64,000 nucleotides of DNA from an uncultured Actinomycetota bacterium (GCA_963724275.1 CAVRUB010000005.1:8474-72473); one strand, 5' to 3'; shown: positions 1 through 10,701, numbered from the stretch's first letter. Notes: a model not told the origin generated them from the sequence alone. Program-made: numbers and translations.

Positions 1-1870
1 CTCACCCCGATGTCGGCTCCGACGTCCCTTCTGCCGCCGCCGAAGTACGTCGAGTACCTAAGGTCGTGCCGGACCGACCGCTTCGTGCTCAGGGCCGCGA
101 CGAACGCGTCGCCGCGCCCGTTGTACGACCGGTCGAACGCCCCCCTCGTGGTGGGGAACCTCGGTGAGCTGGTAGAGCCGGTCAGGTAGACCATGCCGTC
201 CCTGACCGAGAGCGCCCCAGCACGGTCGTATGCGGGTGTGCCGAGGACCGTGGCATACTTGAGGTCGGCCCTGCGCTGGCCGTCCGGCGAGACCCTCGCG
301 ACGAAGATGTCGTAATCCCCGTTGTAGGTGCGGTCGTAGGACCCGCGGGTCGTCGGAAAGCCGGCGTCGTAGGTCCAGCCGGTGAGGTAGACGTCGCCAC
401 CGCTGACGGCGATGTCGGTCGCGCCGTCGGAGCCGGGTCCGCCGAACACCGCTCCGTAGACCAGGTCCGCGGCTCTGTTCCCGTCGGGCGAGAGCCGGGT
501 GAGGAAGATGTCTTCGCTGCCGTCGTACTGGTGGTGGATCGCGCCGGGCGTGGTGGGGTAATAGGCCGGGCCGTCGGTGCCACCGGCGAGGTAGACGTCG
601 CCGTCGCGTACGGCGATCGCTGCGTAGCCGCTCCCGTAGTCGTTGCCGCCGAGGTAGGTCGAGTACGCGAGGTCGGCGGCGCCGGCCCCGTCGGGCGAGA
701 TCTTCGCGAAGAACGTGTCGGACCCGACGTAAGGCGAGTTGGGGTGGCGGTCGAAGGCGCCGGTGGTCGTCGGGAGGTCCGAGGACTCCGTGTAGCCGGA
801 GAGGTAGAAGTCGCCGTCGACCACGGCCAGGTCACTGCCGTGGTCGGAGCCGCTCCCGCCGATGACCGTCGAGTAGACGAGGTCGGCCGTCCCCGTGCCG
901 TCGAGCGAGATGCGGCTGACAAACGCGTCGATGTTTGACGGCGTGGTGTCGTAGGCCCCCGTCGTGGTGGGGAATCCGGCGCTCCACGTCGATCCCGCGA
1001 TGGGGCATCGCCGTCGCGCACCACGATCGCCGCGCTGGAGTCTAGCTGTCACCGCCGAGGTAGGTGGAGTACTTCAGGTCGGTCTCCGGGTCGATCACCA
1101 ACGGCAGGCGCGCGTCGTAGGAGCCCAGTGCGAAGCCGATCACGCCGTGCCGGACGCGGAAGTGCGCCTCGACGCGGCGGCGCTGCCCGTCGACCCGCTG
1201 GTAGGCCACCGGGGCGTGGTGCACGAAGTCGCCAGCCGCCGTCGAGGCGACCAGATCCCCGCCCCGCAGCCGCAGCCCCTCCGCACCCCTGAGGCGGTAG
1301 CCGATCCGCGACGGGTCGGCCTCCGGGGCCACCAGGAAGTCGTACTCCGCCCCGGAGCGGTTGCCCCGCACGACCATGTCGATGCCCCGGTAGAGGCCCT
1401 GGTAGCGGACCCGGCCGTACGTCGGCACGCCGCGCTGCCACTTGCTCGGGTCGTCGCCGCGGAAGTAGCTGGTGGTCGCGGACTGACGGAACCTGCCGAC
1501 GGGCGCGGGGGTTCGGTCGGTGCCGACCGGGTCGAGGGCGACTGCGGCGCCCCCGAGGTCGAAGACGGCGCCCCGTGGGTCAGGTAGAGGGTGAAGTCCT
1601 CCCCTCGGGCGAGGTACCTGACCCGGGGGTCGCTCTGCCCTTGATTGGCTTCGAATGCCAACGGCATCGCTGAAAAAGCCCGCCGGGCCTTGTCCGCGCC
1701 GGGCCCGGCGGATCCAGAAAGGTGCATCGGAGTGGCTGGGGCCGGGTTGTTGCCGCCAGGGTCGCTTGCGCATGGACCTCCGGCGCCGCCGCAACCTGAG
1801 AGGCGACCACAAGCGCACCGCCCAGGGCAAACGCGAGCAAGCGCCGAGTTCTCGATACGACGGTGAGCAT
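1..1870 (-). pseudogene. secreted SBBP (beta-propeller) repeat protein; 3' end outside window; frame-disrupted
   Basis: Hand translation of the minus strand below ~1000 (this frame runs off the window, so it is absent from the ORF track) gives tandem units such as DLKYATVLGTPAYDRAGALSVRDGMVYLTGSTSSPRFPTTRGAFDRSYNG, the SBBP repeat pattern. ORF 1042..2079 carries the upstream domain and ends ...DLKYSTYLGGDS-stop. PLAFEANQGQSDPRVRYLARG lies in the 1140..1931 frame. The signal peptide MLTVVSRTRRLLAFALGGALVVASQVAAAPEVHA lies in the 1580..1891 frame. At least 3 frame breaks. Confidence 0.7.
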
Positions 1871-2540
1871 ATCCATCTCCGATGCATCCAAGTGACGTGT
1901 TCAGGCGCCCATGCCCGAGGCGATTTGCCACCGCCGCGCTGGCCGTCGCGCCGGACCAGGCATGAGCCGAGAGTCGTCATGCGCCTCCCCTCGCCACGTA
2001 CTGTCGTGCTCGGGGGCCAGGAGACCGGACGGGAACTGACGCTTCCAAGAACAGTCCCCCTGATCGCCCGAACTAGCAAGGGAATGCGGAAGTCCTTTCT
2101 CCCATCGTCAGATTGTCACGTCAGCGTTCACGTGCTCCCGGGCCGCGAACGCCGCATCTAGCCGCGACTCTGCCTGGCCGGTCGGCGTTCGATGCTAAAC
2201 GGCCCGGCGGGCCATGCGGAGGCTCCGGCGCGACGTCGTGCGATGTCTCGCCACGAAGCAGGATGGCAGCCTGCTCCGTCAGACGTTCCTTGATCGATGT
2301 CCCGAAGATCGGTACGTCTCGCCCGTTGGCCTGGTCGGAGTTCTTCCGCGAGCAGTATTCCGGTGGCGACGCGTTCGTTGATTGTGCGCGCTATCTGTGG
2401 ACCGCCAACGGTCGCTTTCTGGGCCGGACCGCAGTGTCGAAAGAGCAGTCGACGCCACTGGTGGAACGAGCCGTTCGACTTGCTCGGGTGGCAACTCGCG
2501 TCGTGCATTGAGCGGGGTGCGCCGGGAGCCGTCAGCAAGC

Positions 2541-2579
2541 GCCCTGGCGTGCTCGCGGCAGCTGCACGCTATGCCGCCC
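2541..2579 (+). repeat. REP-like palindromic unit (family copy 1)
   Basis: gccctggcGTGCtcgcggcagctGCACgctatgccgccc. The GCGTGC/GCACGC arms can form a hairpin. Intergenic, upstream of the 2702 gene. Related units at 3231, 5454 (x2) and 15434. Confidence 0.7.
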
Positions 2580-2701
2580 GACGTGCGCGCCGCTGCCGAT
2601 GTGAGGACGGCTAGACGATTTGAAGGTGCGCTCTGTGCATCGATGGTAAGGGAGCGTAACTTTGAAGGGCTGATCTCGGTTTCACCAGAGGGGGCTCTCT
2701 G

Positions 2702-3175
2702 ATGCATCGCGTGTCTGTTGTACTGCTCGCTGGACTCGCCGTATTGCTGGGCATGGCCGGACCGGCATCCGCCGCACCCGTCACCGTCATCACTCACGAG
2801 AAAGACTTCGTCGAGGCCTTTGTCGGCGTCATCAATGGGTGCGACGAGGCTGGACCTCTGTACGCGGTCACCCTTACGGGCAATCAGGTCGAGAAGGAGA
2901 CCTTGAAGGATGACGGTACCTTCCACGGCACGAGCCGCCAGGTTGCGAAGGTCGTCGCCGTTCCGCTGGACCCGAGCCAGCCCAGTTACACCGGGCGTTG
3001 GACCCTTGGGGGCACGTTCAGCGGCAACCGAGCCACCCTCATCTCCGTCTTTACGTTCAGTTTGACCCTGAGGGGGTCGGACGGCTCGAGGTACGCCGAG
3101 AACGAGATGATCCACTACAACGCGCGACCCGACGGCGCGGAGAACTTCTTCAGCCGCTGCAACAATCGTCTGTGA
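2702..3175 (+). CDS. secreted hypothetical protein
   Basis: 157-aa ORF with ATG start, purine-rich stretch upstream and signal peptide MHRVSVVLLAGLAVLLGMAGPASA. The amino-acid composition looks coding, unlike the overlapping frames. Confidence 0.75.
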   Translation: MHRVSVVLLAGLAVLLGMAGPASAAPVTVITHEKDFVEAFVGVINGCDEAGPLYAVTLTGNQVEKETLKDDGTFHGTSRQVAKVVAVPLDPSQPSYTGRWTLGGTFSGNRATLISVFTFSLTLRGSDGSRYAENEMIHYNARPDGAENFFSRCNNRL

Positions 3176-3230
3176 CGTTCACCGGTCACGGTGATCCAGC
3201 GCTGTCAGTAGGGCATAGCGTGACCGCTCA

Positions 3231-3273
3231 TGCCGCCCTGCGTGCTCGCGGAGCAGCACGCTCTACTGCCGCG
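3231..3273 (+). repeat. REP-like palindromic unit (family copy 2)
   Basis: tgccgccctGCGTGCTcgcggagcAGCACGCtctactgccgcg, a 7-bp stem. Lies between the convergent stops of the 2702 gene and phoX, where it could also act as a terminator. Confidence 0.7.
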
Positions 3274-3335
3274 CCGGGCGCGCGGTCGTGCCGATGAGCG
3301 CGCTCTCAGCAGGACGAGGTTCGCACCCGTACCTT

Positions 3336-5253
3336 TCAGGTCCCGATGACGTCGCCGTCGTCCTTGGTGATCACGACGGTTGCCGCTCGTGGGGTCGTGA
3401 AGCCGTCCTCGTGCGGCCACTGGCTGGGCGCACTTGCCTCTCCTGGGTGCTGGATGTTGACGAACATCGTGCGCTGGTCGGGTGTGGTCACGACGCCGGT
3501 CACCTCACAAGCCACCGGACCGGTGAGGAACCGACGAAGCTCTGGTGTGCCCTCGGCGTCGCTGACGTAGGGGTTCGCCGCCAGCATCTGGTCGTTGGCG
3601 CCGAGGGGTTGTGTTCCGTCGGTCTGGATCCAGACCCGTCCGTCCGGGTCGGACCAGATCCCGTCGGGGGATCCGAACCCGTCCTCGGCCGCGATCGTGG
3701 ATCCGTCCCCGCTGCCGCGACCCTGGCCGGCAATGAGGAACAGGTCCCACTCGAACGTCGTCGAGGTGTGGTTCCCGTCGGTCTCGTGCCATCGGACGAT
3801 GTGGCCCCAGGTGTTCGGCTTGCGCGGGTTCGCGGCGCTCAACACCTTGGCCGGGCTGGTGTTGTTGGTCAGCGTGACGTAGACGGCACCGGTGCGGGGG
3901 TCGCAGGCCACCCACTCCGGCCGGTCCATCCGGGTTGCACCGACCGCGCTGGCCGCGAGCCTGGTCTTGACGAGTACGTCGCCCTGGTCGGCGAAGCCGT
4001 TCGGGCCGTCAGGCCGGTGTTGCCGTGGACCAGCGGGAGCCAGTCGCCGGTCCCGTCGTCGTTGAACCGCGCTACGTAGAGCACGCCGTCATCGAGCGGG
4101 CTTCGGCCCTTGGCACGGGCGGCATTCCAGCCCTCGGTGCTGACGTACTTGTAGACGTGCTCGTTGACCTGGTCATCGCCGGTGTAGACGACGATCCGGT
4201 TGTCCACGGTGACCTTGACGTAAGCGCCCTCATGCTTGACCCGGCCGAGCGCGGTGCGCTTGATCGGTGTCGAGTCGGGGTCGAACGGGTCGATCTCGAC
4301 CACCCGCCGCACCGGTTGGGCTCGTTCGGTTCCGCGGGCGTGACGACGAATCGGCTGTCGTGGGCGGCCCAGTTGTTGCGGTCCCCGCCGACGCCGTACC
4401 TCTCGTTAAGCGCTTGCTGCTCGGGGGTGTAGGCGCCGGGGTCCACTCGGAAGCAGCCGTTGAAGTTCTCCTCGCAGGTCAGGTACGTGTTCCAGGCCGT
4501 CACCCCGTGCGAGCAGTTGTTGAAGGTGCCCAGCGGCGTCCTGCCGAGCGGGTCAGCCGACGTGCGGAGCAGCCGATGCCCGGCGGCGGGACCGCTGAAG
4601 GACATGGGCGTATTGGCAGTGATCCGGCGATTCAGGTCCGAGCGGACCACCGACCAGTGCCCGTGGGACTCCTCGACGACCTCGACAACAGAGACGCCAT
4701 GGGCCGCTTGTGACTTGCGGACCATCTCGAGGGTCCATGAGTCCTTCGGCGGTAGCGTGGTGGTGCCGGTCTGCAGGTAGTTCTCCTCGGTGAACTCGTG
4801 GTTCACCGCGAGAAGCCCGTGGCGGCTGCCACCCGGCCCGCGCTCGGCCGGGAAGAAGTGCATGCCGTCGTGGTGCATGCCAGTCTGCTGCTCCTGTTCG
4901 GCGGCCGTGTTGCCACCCGGCACAAAGGCGGGGTAGGAACCGGTGATCGGCGTGCCCCACGGGATGAACGCCCGGGCGGTGTAACCCGGAGGGACGACGA
5001 CCTCGTCGGCGAAGCCGAGCGGAATGGGCGTGAAGCCAAGAAGCCGGGCGGCACGCCCGCGCGAGGTGGAAGCCGCCACGGCCGCCGCACCGGCGAAAGC
5101 GTTGGTGGTGAGGAACGCCGCGGCCCCGGCCATACCCCCGGCCAGGACCGAACGACGCGACGCGCGAAGTGCCACGACCTCCTCGAAGCTGGGACCTCCG
5201 GAGGGGTTCGTGCTGAAGTCGTCCGGGTCGATGTCAAGGTGTCGAACAGTCAT
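3336..5253 (-). pseudogene. phoX: PhoX-type (DUF839) alkaline phosphatase, two frame changes
   Basis: N-terminal part in ORF 4072..5340, starting at MTVRHLDIDPDD (ATG 5253), with SRRSVLAGGMAGAAAFL signal region and HHDGMHFF, LAVNHEF, FNNCSHGVTAWNTYLTCEEN. Middle part in ORF 3869..4312 (VVEIDPFDP...VKHEGA). C-terminal part in ORF 3336..3929 (MDRPEWVACDP...FVNIQHPGE). Frame switches near 4315 and 4010. Confidence 0.8.
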
Positions 5254-5453
5254 GGCTTTCCCGCCCCTAGTACGTCCGCCCAAGGCGGCTTCCTGTGGAA
5301 TGCATCGCCCGGCCACGGGTCTAGGGGGTAAAAATGCCAACAGACGAATGTAGACCCGACTAGACCAGGCGCGCTAGCCCGAACCTCCCGCGCGGCGTGA
5401 CCAGCCTGGGATATGCCCGTCTGCGAACTCCCTAGGCCGGGCGGAAGATCCCT

Positions 5454-5520
5454 CTGCCGCCCCGCGTGCTCGCGGAGCTGCACGCTGCCGCCCTGCGTGC
5501 TCGCGGCAGTCTGCTAGCGC
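5454..5520 (+). repeat. two tandem REP-like palindromic units (family copies 3-4)
   Basis: ctgccgccccGCGTGCtcgcggagctGCACGCtgccgccctGCGTGCtcgcggcagtctgctagcgc. Intergenic, between the phoX start and the 5564 ORF. Confidence 0.7.
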
Positions 5521-5563
5521 GGCGGTTGCACAAGAGGATCGGAGCTAGCGCGGAACGGAGTCG

Positions 5564-5782
5564 CTAGTCGCCTCGTGCCGGCCGCAGCTGCTCGGCCGGC
5601 ATCCACTCCGTGACAGCGCGGCCGCGGGGCTCGACGTAGGTCACGAGGGCTTCCCAGTCCGGGTTCTGGCGCCACTCGAGGACCAGGCCGGGGCACTCGG
5701 TCGGGCTGTGCTCGGGGCGCACCCAGACGTGGCGTTGAGGCCAATGCCCCGCAGCATGGAAGCGACTCGACGGGGTATCCAC
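5564..5782 (-). CDS. small hypothetical protein (72 aa)
   Basis: ORF only. Its composition (GLVLEWRQNPDWEALVTYVEPRGRAVTEWMPAEQL) looks protein-like, unlike the overlapping 5514..5744 frame. No domain recognised. Confidence 0.35.
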   Translation of the reverse strand: MDTPSSRFHAAGHWPQRHVWVRPEHSPTECPGLVLEWRQNPDWEALVTYVEPRGRAVTEWMPAEQLRPARGD

Positions 5783-6084
5783 TCCACCGAGGGAAGCCGC
5801 CCCGCCCCGAACCAGGCTGGGCTAACGGGGTGGGGCGGTCCCTGGCTTGTTCTGGGGCGGCTAGCCCGAGATCAGCGCCACCCGAGCTCCCGACGGGATG
5901 GCGCCCTAGCCTCCCCGGCGCCGGGTCACATTTGGGACTCGATCAGGGCGCCGGATCGTGGCACCGTATCGCGTTTCGGGTCGACTGTCCTGATCCGCCT
6001 AGGGCATGAGCGCGCTCGGTCCATCCCCGGCCGCGGGGGTCGATTCTTCACGCAGTGGCGGCCCAACCCGATGTGTGGCACAAC

Positions 6085-6920
6085 ACAGGGAGGAGCGAGC
6101 GGGGTCGTGCCAGCAAGAGAGCCATCCTTGAGAATTTTGATGCCATACGAAACCTGGTGCTCACCATCGGGCGCACAACGATGCCTGGCAAGAGTGGTTC
6201 AGATCCTTGGGCATTAGCCCTCGCCTGGGTCGATGACCTGGTGATCGCCATGGGTGGCACCGGGGTCTCCAAGTCCGAGGTCTCCCGGATCTGCGCCCAG
6301 CTCGATGCCGCGGTCGCCGCCTGGCGGGCCCGCCCCCTCGATGAGCAGCCGTTCCCCTACGTGTTCCTCGACGCGACCTATTGCAAGGCCAGGATCAACG
6401 GCCGGGTCGTGTCCCAAGCGGTCGTGATCGCCACCGGAGTATCTGCTGAGGGTCACCGCGAGGTCCTCGGCTGCCAGGTCGGCGACAGTGAGACCGAAGA
6501 GTTCTGGACCGAGTTCCTCCGAGACCTCCGCGGTCGTGGCCTGGCCGGTGTCCAGCTGGTCATTCCGATGCCCACGGCGGCCTCGTCGCCGCCGTGGGTG
6601 CCGTGCTGCAGGGCGCCGCCTGGCAACGCTGCCGGGTCCACTTCATGCGCAACGTGCTCACCAAGGTCCCCAAGGCCGACGCCGACATGGTCGCCACCTG
6701 GATCCGCACGATCTTCACCATGGGCACCCCCGGCGCCATCCGGGCACAACTCGACAGAGGCGACGAGCTGGACGAGGTTCCAGCGGAAGGACTGACGGTG
6801 ACCACGGCGAAGAAGGGCATCGTCGCTCTTACAGCGTTCTCGATCAGCACCACCACACACCCTTTGCACGAGCCCTGAGGGGTTTCGTCGCCGACGCCCG
6901 ACATGGGTCTCCGCAGTCTG
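6085..6920 (+). pseudogene. IS256-family (Mutator-type) transposase remnant, 5'- and 3'-degraded, frameshifted
   Basis: ORF 6055..6795 contains VDDLVIAMGGTGVSKSEVSRICAQLD...PFPYVFLDATYCKARINGRVVSQAVVIATGVSAEGHREVLG...EEFWTEFLRDLRGRGL. ORF 6594..6878 continues with QRCRVHFMRNVLTKVPK. Sequence upstream of 6229 and downstream of 6880 is only faintly transposase-like. Confidence 0.75.
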
Positions 6921-6921
6921 C

Positions 6922-8310
6922 TTAGGGTGCGACGTCGAGTGGCGGAGTTGTTGAAGGAAGCCGACGGTGGTCGGTATGCGCCTCGAAGCCGGAAGCGATC
7001 GCGATCAGCGTCGGCTCGTCGAACGCGCGGCCGAGCAGCTCCAGCCCGACCGGCAGGCCGTCGGACGCGAAGCCGGCGGGGATCGCCAGCGCAGGTAGGC
7101 CCGCGATAGCCGCCGGGGCGCAGTTGAAGGACCCGAGCTCGTCATCCTGGCCGAAGAGCCGACCCGCGCTCGCCGTCGTCGAGCTCACCGGGTAGGCGAC
7201 GGCGTCGAGATCGCGCTCATCCATGAACGCCGCAAGATCCCGCCGGTACGCCATCCGGGCGGCGACCGCCCTCTGGTAGGCCCGGGTGCTGGGCCCCTTC
7301 GGGCTGGCTCCCGACCCGACGATCCGGGCCCATGCCCCACTGGGCGCGGTGGGTTCTTCCGCGAGGTACGCGGCGAGGCTCGACGGGAACTCGTCAAAGT
7401 TCGGATACATTTCCCGCTCCGGCTCGGGTAGGTCGACTGGGACCAGCTCAGCCCCGTACTCGACCATCACGTCGAGCGCGTCCTGAAGGGTGCCGTCCAG
7501 TTCGGTGCGGTAGTCGAAGTCCAGGATGCCGATCCGCCGCCCCTTCAGCCCGTCGGGATCGAGCGCGTCGACGAGGGACGTCTGCGTCGGCACCGTGATC
7601 GGGTCGTCAGGATCCTCGCCGGCGGTGACGTCCATCAGGATCGCCAGATCCCCGATGGTGCGTGCCATCGGACCCACCTCGTCCAAGGACGACGACCAGG
7701 GAACGACCCCCGATCGCGACGACAGGCCGTACGTCGGACGCAGCCCGTAGACGTTGTTCAAACCCGCGGGGAGGCGGATGGATCCGCAGGTGTCGGTCCC
7801 GAGTCCGGCAACCGCGAAGTTCGCCGTTACGGCGACGGCCGTGCCGCCGCTCGACCCGCCCGGCTCGAAGGAGGTGTTGTACGGCATGAGCGTCTGGCCG
7901 CCGACCGGCGAGTAGGAGTTCGAGCTCTGGGCCAGTTCGGCGAGGTTGGCCTTGGCGATGATGATCGCGCCGGCCTGGCGGAGACGGCGGACCTGGAACG
8001 CATCCCGCGCGGGTCGGAAGTGCTCGAGAACCGGGGTGCCTGCCGTCGTCGGCATCTCGGCCGTGTCGATGTTGTCCTTCACCACCAGTGGGATCCCGTG
8101 CAGCGGCCCGCGTGGCCCTGATTCTGCGCGTTCGGCATCGAGGGCCGCGGCCTCCGCGCGCGCCCGCGGGTTGATCGTGATCAGTGCGCTCAGCTCGGGC
8201 CCGGCGTCGTCGTACGCCGCGATCCTCGCCAGGTAGAAATCCACCAGCTCGACCGCGGTGATCCGCCCGGTCCTCATCGCCCGCTGAAGCTCTCGAATCG
8301 TCGCATCCAC
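6922..8310 (-). CDS. amidase (amidase-signature family); possible lipoprotein leader in another frame up to 8513
   Basis: 462-aa ORF with HGIPLVVKDN, GGSSGGTAVAV and GTDTCGSIRLPA motifs. ORF 8274..8513 upstream encodes a lipobox leader (AAAVLAMVVAAC) in a different frame, suggesting one frame change near 8310-8400. That stretch also holds a 12-nt tandem repeat, gctgggcgaact. Confidence 0.85.
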   Translation of the reverse strand: MDATIRELQRAMRTGRITAVELVDFYLARIAAYDDAGPELSALITINPRARAEAAALDAERAESGPRGPLHGIPLVVKDNIDTAEMPTTAGTPVLEHFRPARDAFQVRRLRQAGAIIIAKANLAELAQSSNSYSPVGGQTLMPYNTSFEPGGSSGGTAVAVTANFAVAGLGTDTCGSIRLPAGLNNVYGLRPTYGLSSRSGVVPWSSSLDEVGPMARTIGDLAILMDVTAGEDPDDPITVPTQTSLVDALDPDGLKGRRIGILDFDYRTELDGTLQDALDVMVEYGAELVPVDLPEPEREMYPNFDEFPSSLAAYLAEEPTAPSGAWARIVGSGASPKGPSTRAYQRAVAARMAYRRDLAAFMDERDLDAVAYPVSSTTASAGRLFGQDDELGSFNCAPAAIAGLPALAIPAGFASDGLPVGLELLGRAFDEPTLIAIASGFEAHTDHRRLPSTTPPLDVAP

Positions 8311-8514
8311 CGGGAAGGGGACGGGTCCGGAAAGCGCTGGGACCGGGACGGAAGCGCTGGGCGAACTGCTGGGCGAACTGCTGGGCTCTGCCCTCCGCTG
8401 TCATCGGAGGTAGTCCCGGAGGACTCGGTGCATGCCGCAACGACCATGGCGAGGACGGCGGCAGCGACGGTCCTGATCGCGTGGGATCTCAATTCGCCAG
8501 ATCGCTTCATCACT

Positions 8515-9318
8515 TCACTGACCCCGCTTGTTCGACGTGAAGCGGATGGACTTCACCATCTGTTTGAGTTCGGCGATCGTCCTTGCCGGCGTACCAGGGA
8601 AGTAGTCGGCGACGATCACGACCCGGTGACCCCCAACGTCGAGGACCCACACCTCCCAGATGTTGCTCGGCCCCTGGGCGAAGAACCCGGGATCCCAGGG
8701 GCGCCACTCTTCGCACCCACTGAGATCGGCGGGCCCCGTCAGGGTGAAGTACCGCCCTGGGGCGCCTCCCACTCTCGTGTCGACCGGTGCGGGGCCCTGG
8801 AACCACTCCTGGGATACGACGGCGTCCACAAAGTCGTCGACGCCGGGCCCGACCGCGACGTCGGGAAGCTCGTGCGACTCAGATGAGCACGGATCGGACT
8901 GAACGCCGACCGTGTTGCTGGTCCAGCCCAGGACGAGCGCGCCCTCCTCGTTTGCCTCGCCGACGGGCCAGATGACGGGGAAGCCCGACGGGTGCTCCCA
9001 GCCGTCTGGCACCGTGAGGTCGAGGGGAATCGGCGGGGGATCTGCCACTCCCTCGGGGCAGGCGATCGGATCGTCCGTCACCCCTTTGCAGTCCACACGG
9101 ACCACGAAGCGGTAGCGCCCGGGTTCGAGGTAGCCGTCAGGGAGCGCGACAGGTCCGCCCGGAGACGGTTGGGCGGCGGTCGCGCTCGGCGTGGCGCTGG
9201 TCATCGACGTCGTGGCCTCGGGAGCCGCGGCGGACTCAGGGTCGCCCCCGCAGCCGGCCAGAAGCAGGGCGACCAGGAGGATGAGGGTTCCTGGAGCGTT
9301 CGATCGCGATGTCCTCAT
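8515..9318 (-). CDS. lipoprotein, function unknown
   Basis: 267-aa ORF with lipobox LLLAGCGG after MRTSRSNAPGTLILLVA. Its stop lies 2 nt from the start of the amidase leader ORF, so the genes are probably co-transcribed. Confidence 0.8.
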   Translation of the reverse strand: MRTSRSNAPGTLILLVALLLAGCGGDPESAAAPEATTSMTSATPSATAAQPSPGGPVALPDGYLEPGRYRFVVRVDCKGVTDDPIACPEGVADPPPIPLDLTVPDGWEHPSGFPVIWPVGEANEEGALVLGWTSNTVGVQSDPCSSESHELPDVAVGPGVDDFVDAVVSQEWFQGPAPVDTRVGGAPGRYFTLTGPADLSGCEEWRPWDPGFFAQGPSNIWEVWVLDVGGHRVVIVADYFPGTPARTIAELKQMVKSIRFTSNKRGQ

Positions 9319-9333
9319 GGCCGTCCTAGCTCG

Positions 9334-10197
9334 TCAAGAGTGATCGTCAAAGCTGATCGGCAGCCAGGCGGCGTCCGGTGCGGAGTCCCGTGCGACGACG
9401 TGCTCGCCTTCGCTGACCGACGACCACGCGTAGAAGCTCGATGAGTCATCGAACGGGTCGCAGGGGTCTGGGCGCTTCAGGCCGCGCAGGAACCCGAAGT
9501 TCATGACCGGATCGAATTCCTGCATGCCCTCCTCCGCTGGGTGCGCGAACTCGACCGGCATGCCGTACGGCGCCCCGTCCCGGACCGCGGTCTCGTGGGT
9601 TCGCAGGTTGGTCACCCACACGTGGAAGTCGCCGTGCTCAGGGGCGTCGTTGTTGATCCCGATCTGGCAGTCCGCCCTGTGATCGCCGTCGCCGTCGACT
9701 ACGACGCCGTAGGCGATGACGCGACCGGCCGGATCGCGGGGAGGCCTCGCGGCGAGTGGGAGGCGCCAGGAACTACCGCCGTGGAAGTCCGAACCCTCGC
9801 CGATCGAAACGATGTCGATCTCGGCGATCGGCGTGTCGCCCTGGTCGCCGACGGGCAGCGCGTTGCCATAGCTGTCGTGGTCCGGCCTTAGGACGCGGGA
9901 CGCGGCGGGACGGAGTGGCGCCGGCGGCTCCCACATGGCGGCAGCGGACGTGCTTTCGGTCGGCGTCGGGGTCGGTGTCGTCACCGGGCCGATCGGCTGC
10001 GGCGAGTCGTTGCCGTCGCGGGTGACCGCGAGCGCGCCGACGATCACCGCGACCACGGCTGCCGCCGCGGCAAGGCCAGCGACCACTCCGTGGCGGCGCC
10101 GCCGCTCCCGGTCGGCCTGCTCGATCGCCCGGTCGAGGTCGCCGTAGACCGGGACGTCCGCGACGATCTCGTCGAACGCCTCGTGCAGGCCGCTCAT
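9334..10197 (-). CDS. anti-sigma factor-like membrane protein (single TM, extracytoplasmic domain)
   Basis: ATG at 10197 preceded by aaggag. MSGLHEAFDEIVADVPVYGDLDRAIEQ is followed by the TM segment GVVAGLAAAAAVVAVIVGALAV and a Pro/Thr linker. It sits directly after the ECF sigma coding region and in the same reading frame (single ORF 9334..10851). Confidence 0.65.
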   Translation of the reverse strand: MSGLHEAFDEIVADVPVYGDLDRAIEQADRERRRRHGVVAGLAAAAAVVAVIVGALAVTRDGNDSPQPIGPVTTPTPTPTESTSAAAMWEPPAPLRPAASRVLRPDHDSYGNALPVGDQGDTPIAEIDIVSIGEGSDFHGGSSWRLPLAARPPRDPAGRVIAYGVVVDGDGDHRADCQIGINNDAPEHGDFHVWVTNLRTHETAVRDGAPYGMPVEFAHPAEEGMQEFDPVMNFGFLRGLKRPDPCDPFDDSSSFYAWSSVSEGEHVVARDSAPDAAWLPISFDDHS

Positions 10198-10701
10198 GAC
10201 TCCACTCCTTCGAATGATGGCCACCGCGTCTGGGACCAGCTCCCGCAGCCGCTGCAGCGCGACCCGGGTCTGCGACTTGACCGTGTTCGGGCTGATGCCG
10301 AGCGCGGCCGCGGCCTGCGCCTCGGTGAGGTCCTCGTAGAACCGCAGCACCAGGACGGCGCGCTGCTGGGCGTGAGCCGGGCCAACGCGTCGTGGAGCGT
10401 GAGCCGATCGGTGGCGGTGCCCGCCTCGTCGCCGCCAGCGGACGTCCGGGGGTGAGGCCCAGGGCAGCTCCCACAGCCGCCGCCGTCGCCAGCCGTCGAC
10501 GAACCGGCTGTACAGGATCCGGCGGACGTAGGCCTCCGGGTCCACCGTGCCGGACTTCTGCCAGCGCCGGACCAGGACGACGTAGGTCTCCTGCACCAGG
10601 TCCTCGGCGGCCTGGTGGTCGCCGGTCAGCAGGTACGCCGCCCTGGAGAGCGCGCGACCGCGTGCCGAGACGAACTCCCTGAGCTCGACCTCCCGGTCCA
10701 T
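10198..10701 (-). CDS. ECF (SigE/ShbA-like) RNA polymerase sigma factor; internal compensating frame changes; no stop before the anti-sigma ORF
   Basis: MDREVELREFVSARGRALSRAAYLLTGDHQAAEDLVQETYV (region 2) and QQRAVLVLRFYEDLTEAQAAAALGISPNTVKSQTRVALQRLREL (region 4). Residues between them read RWRRRGGHRHRSAHAPRR in frame, but GGDEAGTATDRLTLHDALARL in the +1 frame (about 10385-10450). Confidence 0.75.

Noticed and set aside
5935-5965. tttgggactcgatcagggcgccgga resembles the 3' end of the duplicated hydrolase gene (tgggactcgatgggggcgccgag), next to the first IS256 remnant
   Set aside because: Only about 20 of 24 positions match with no extension. This is too short to claim a third hydrolase/IS256 junction.
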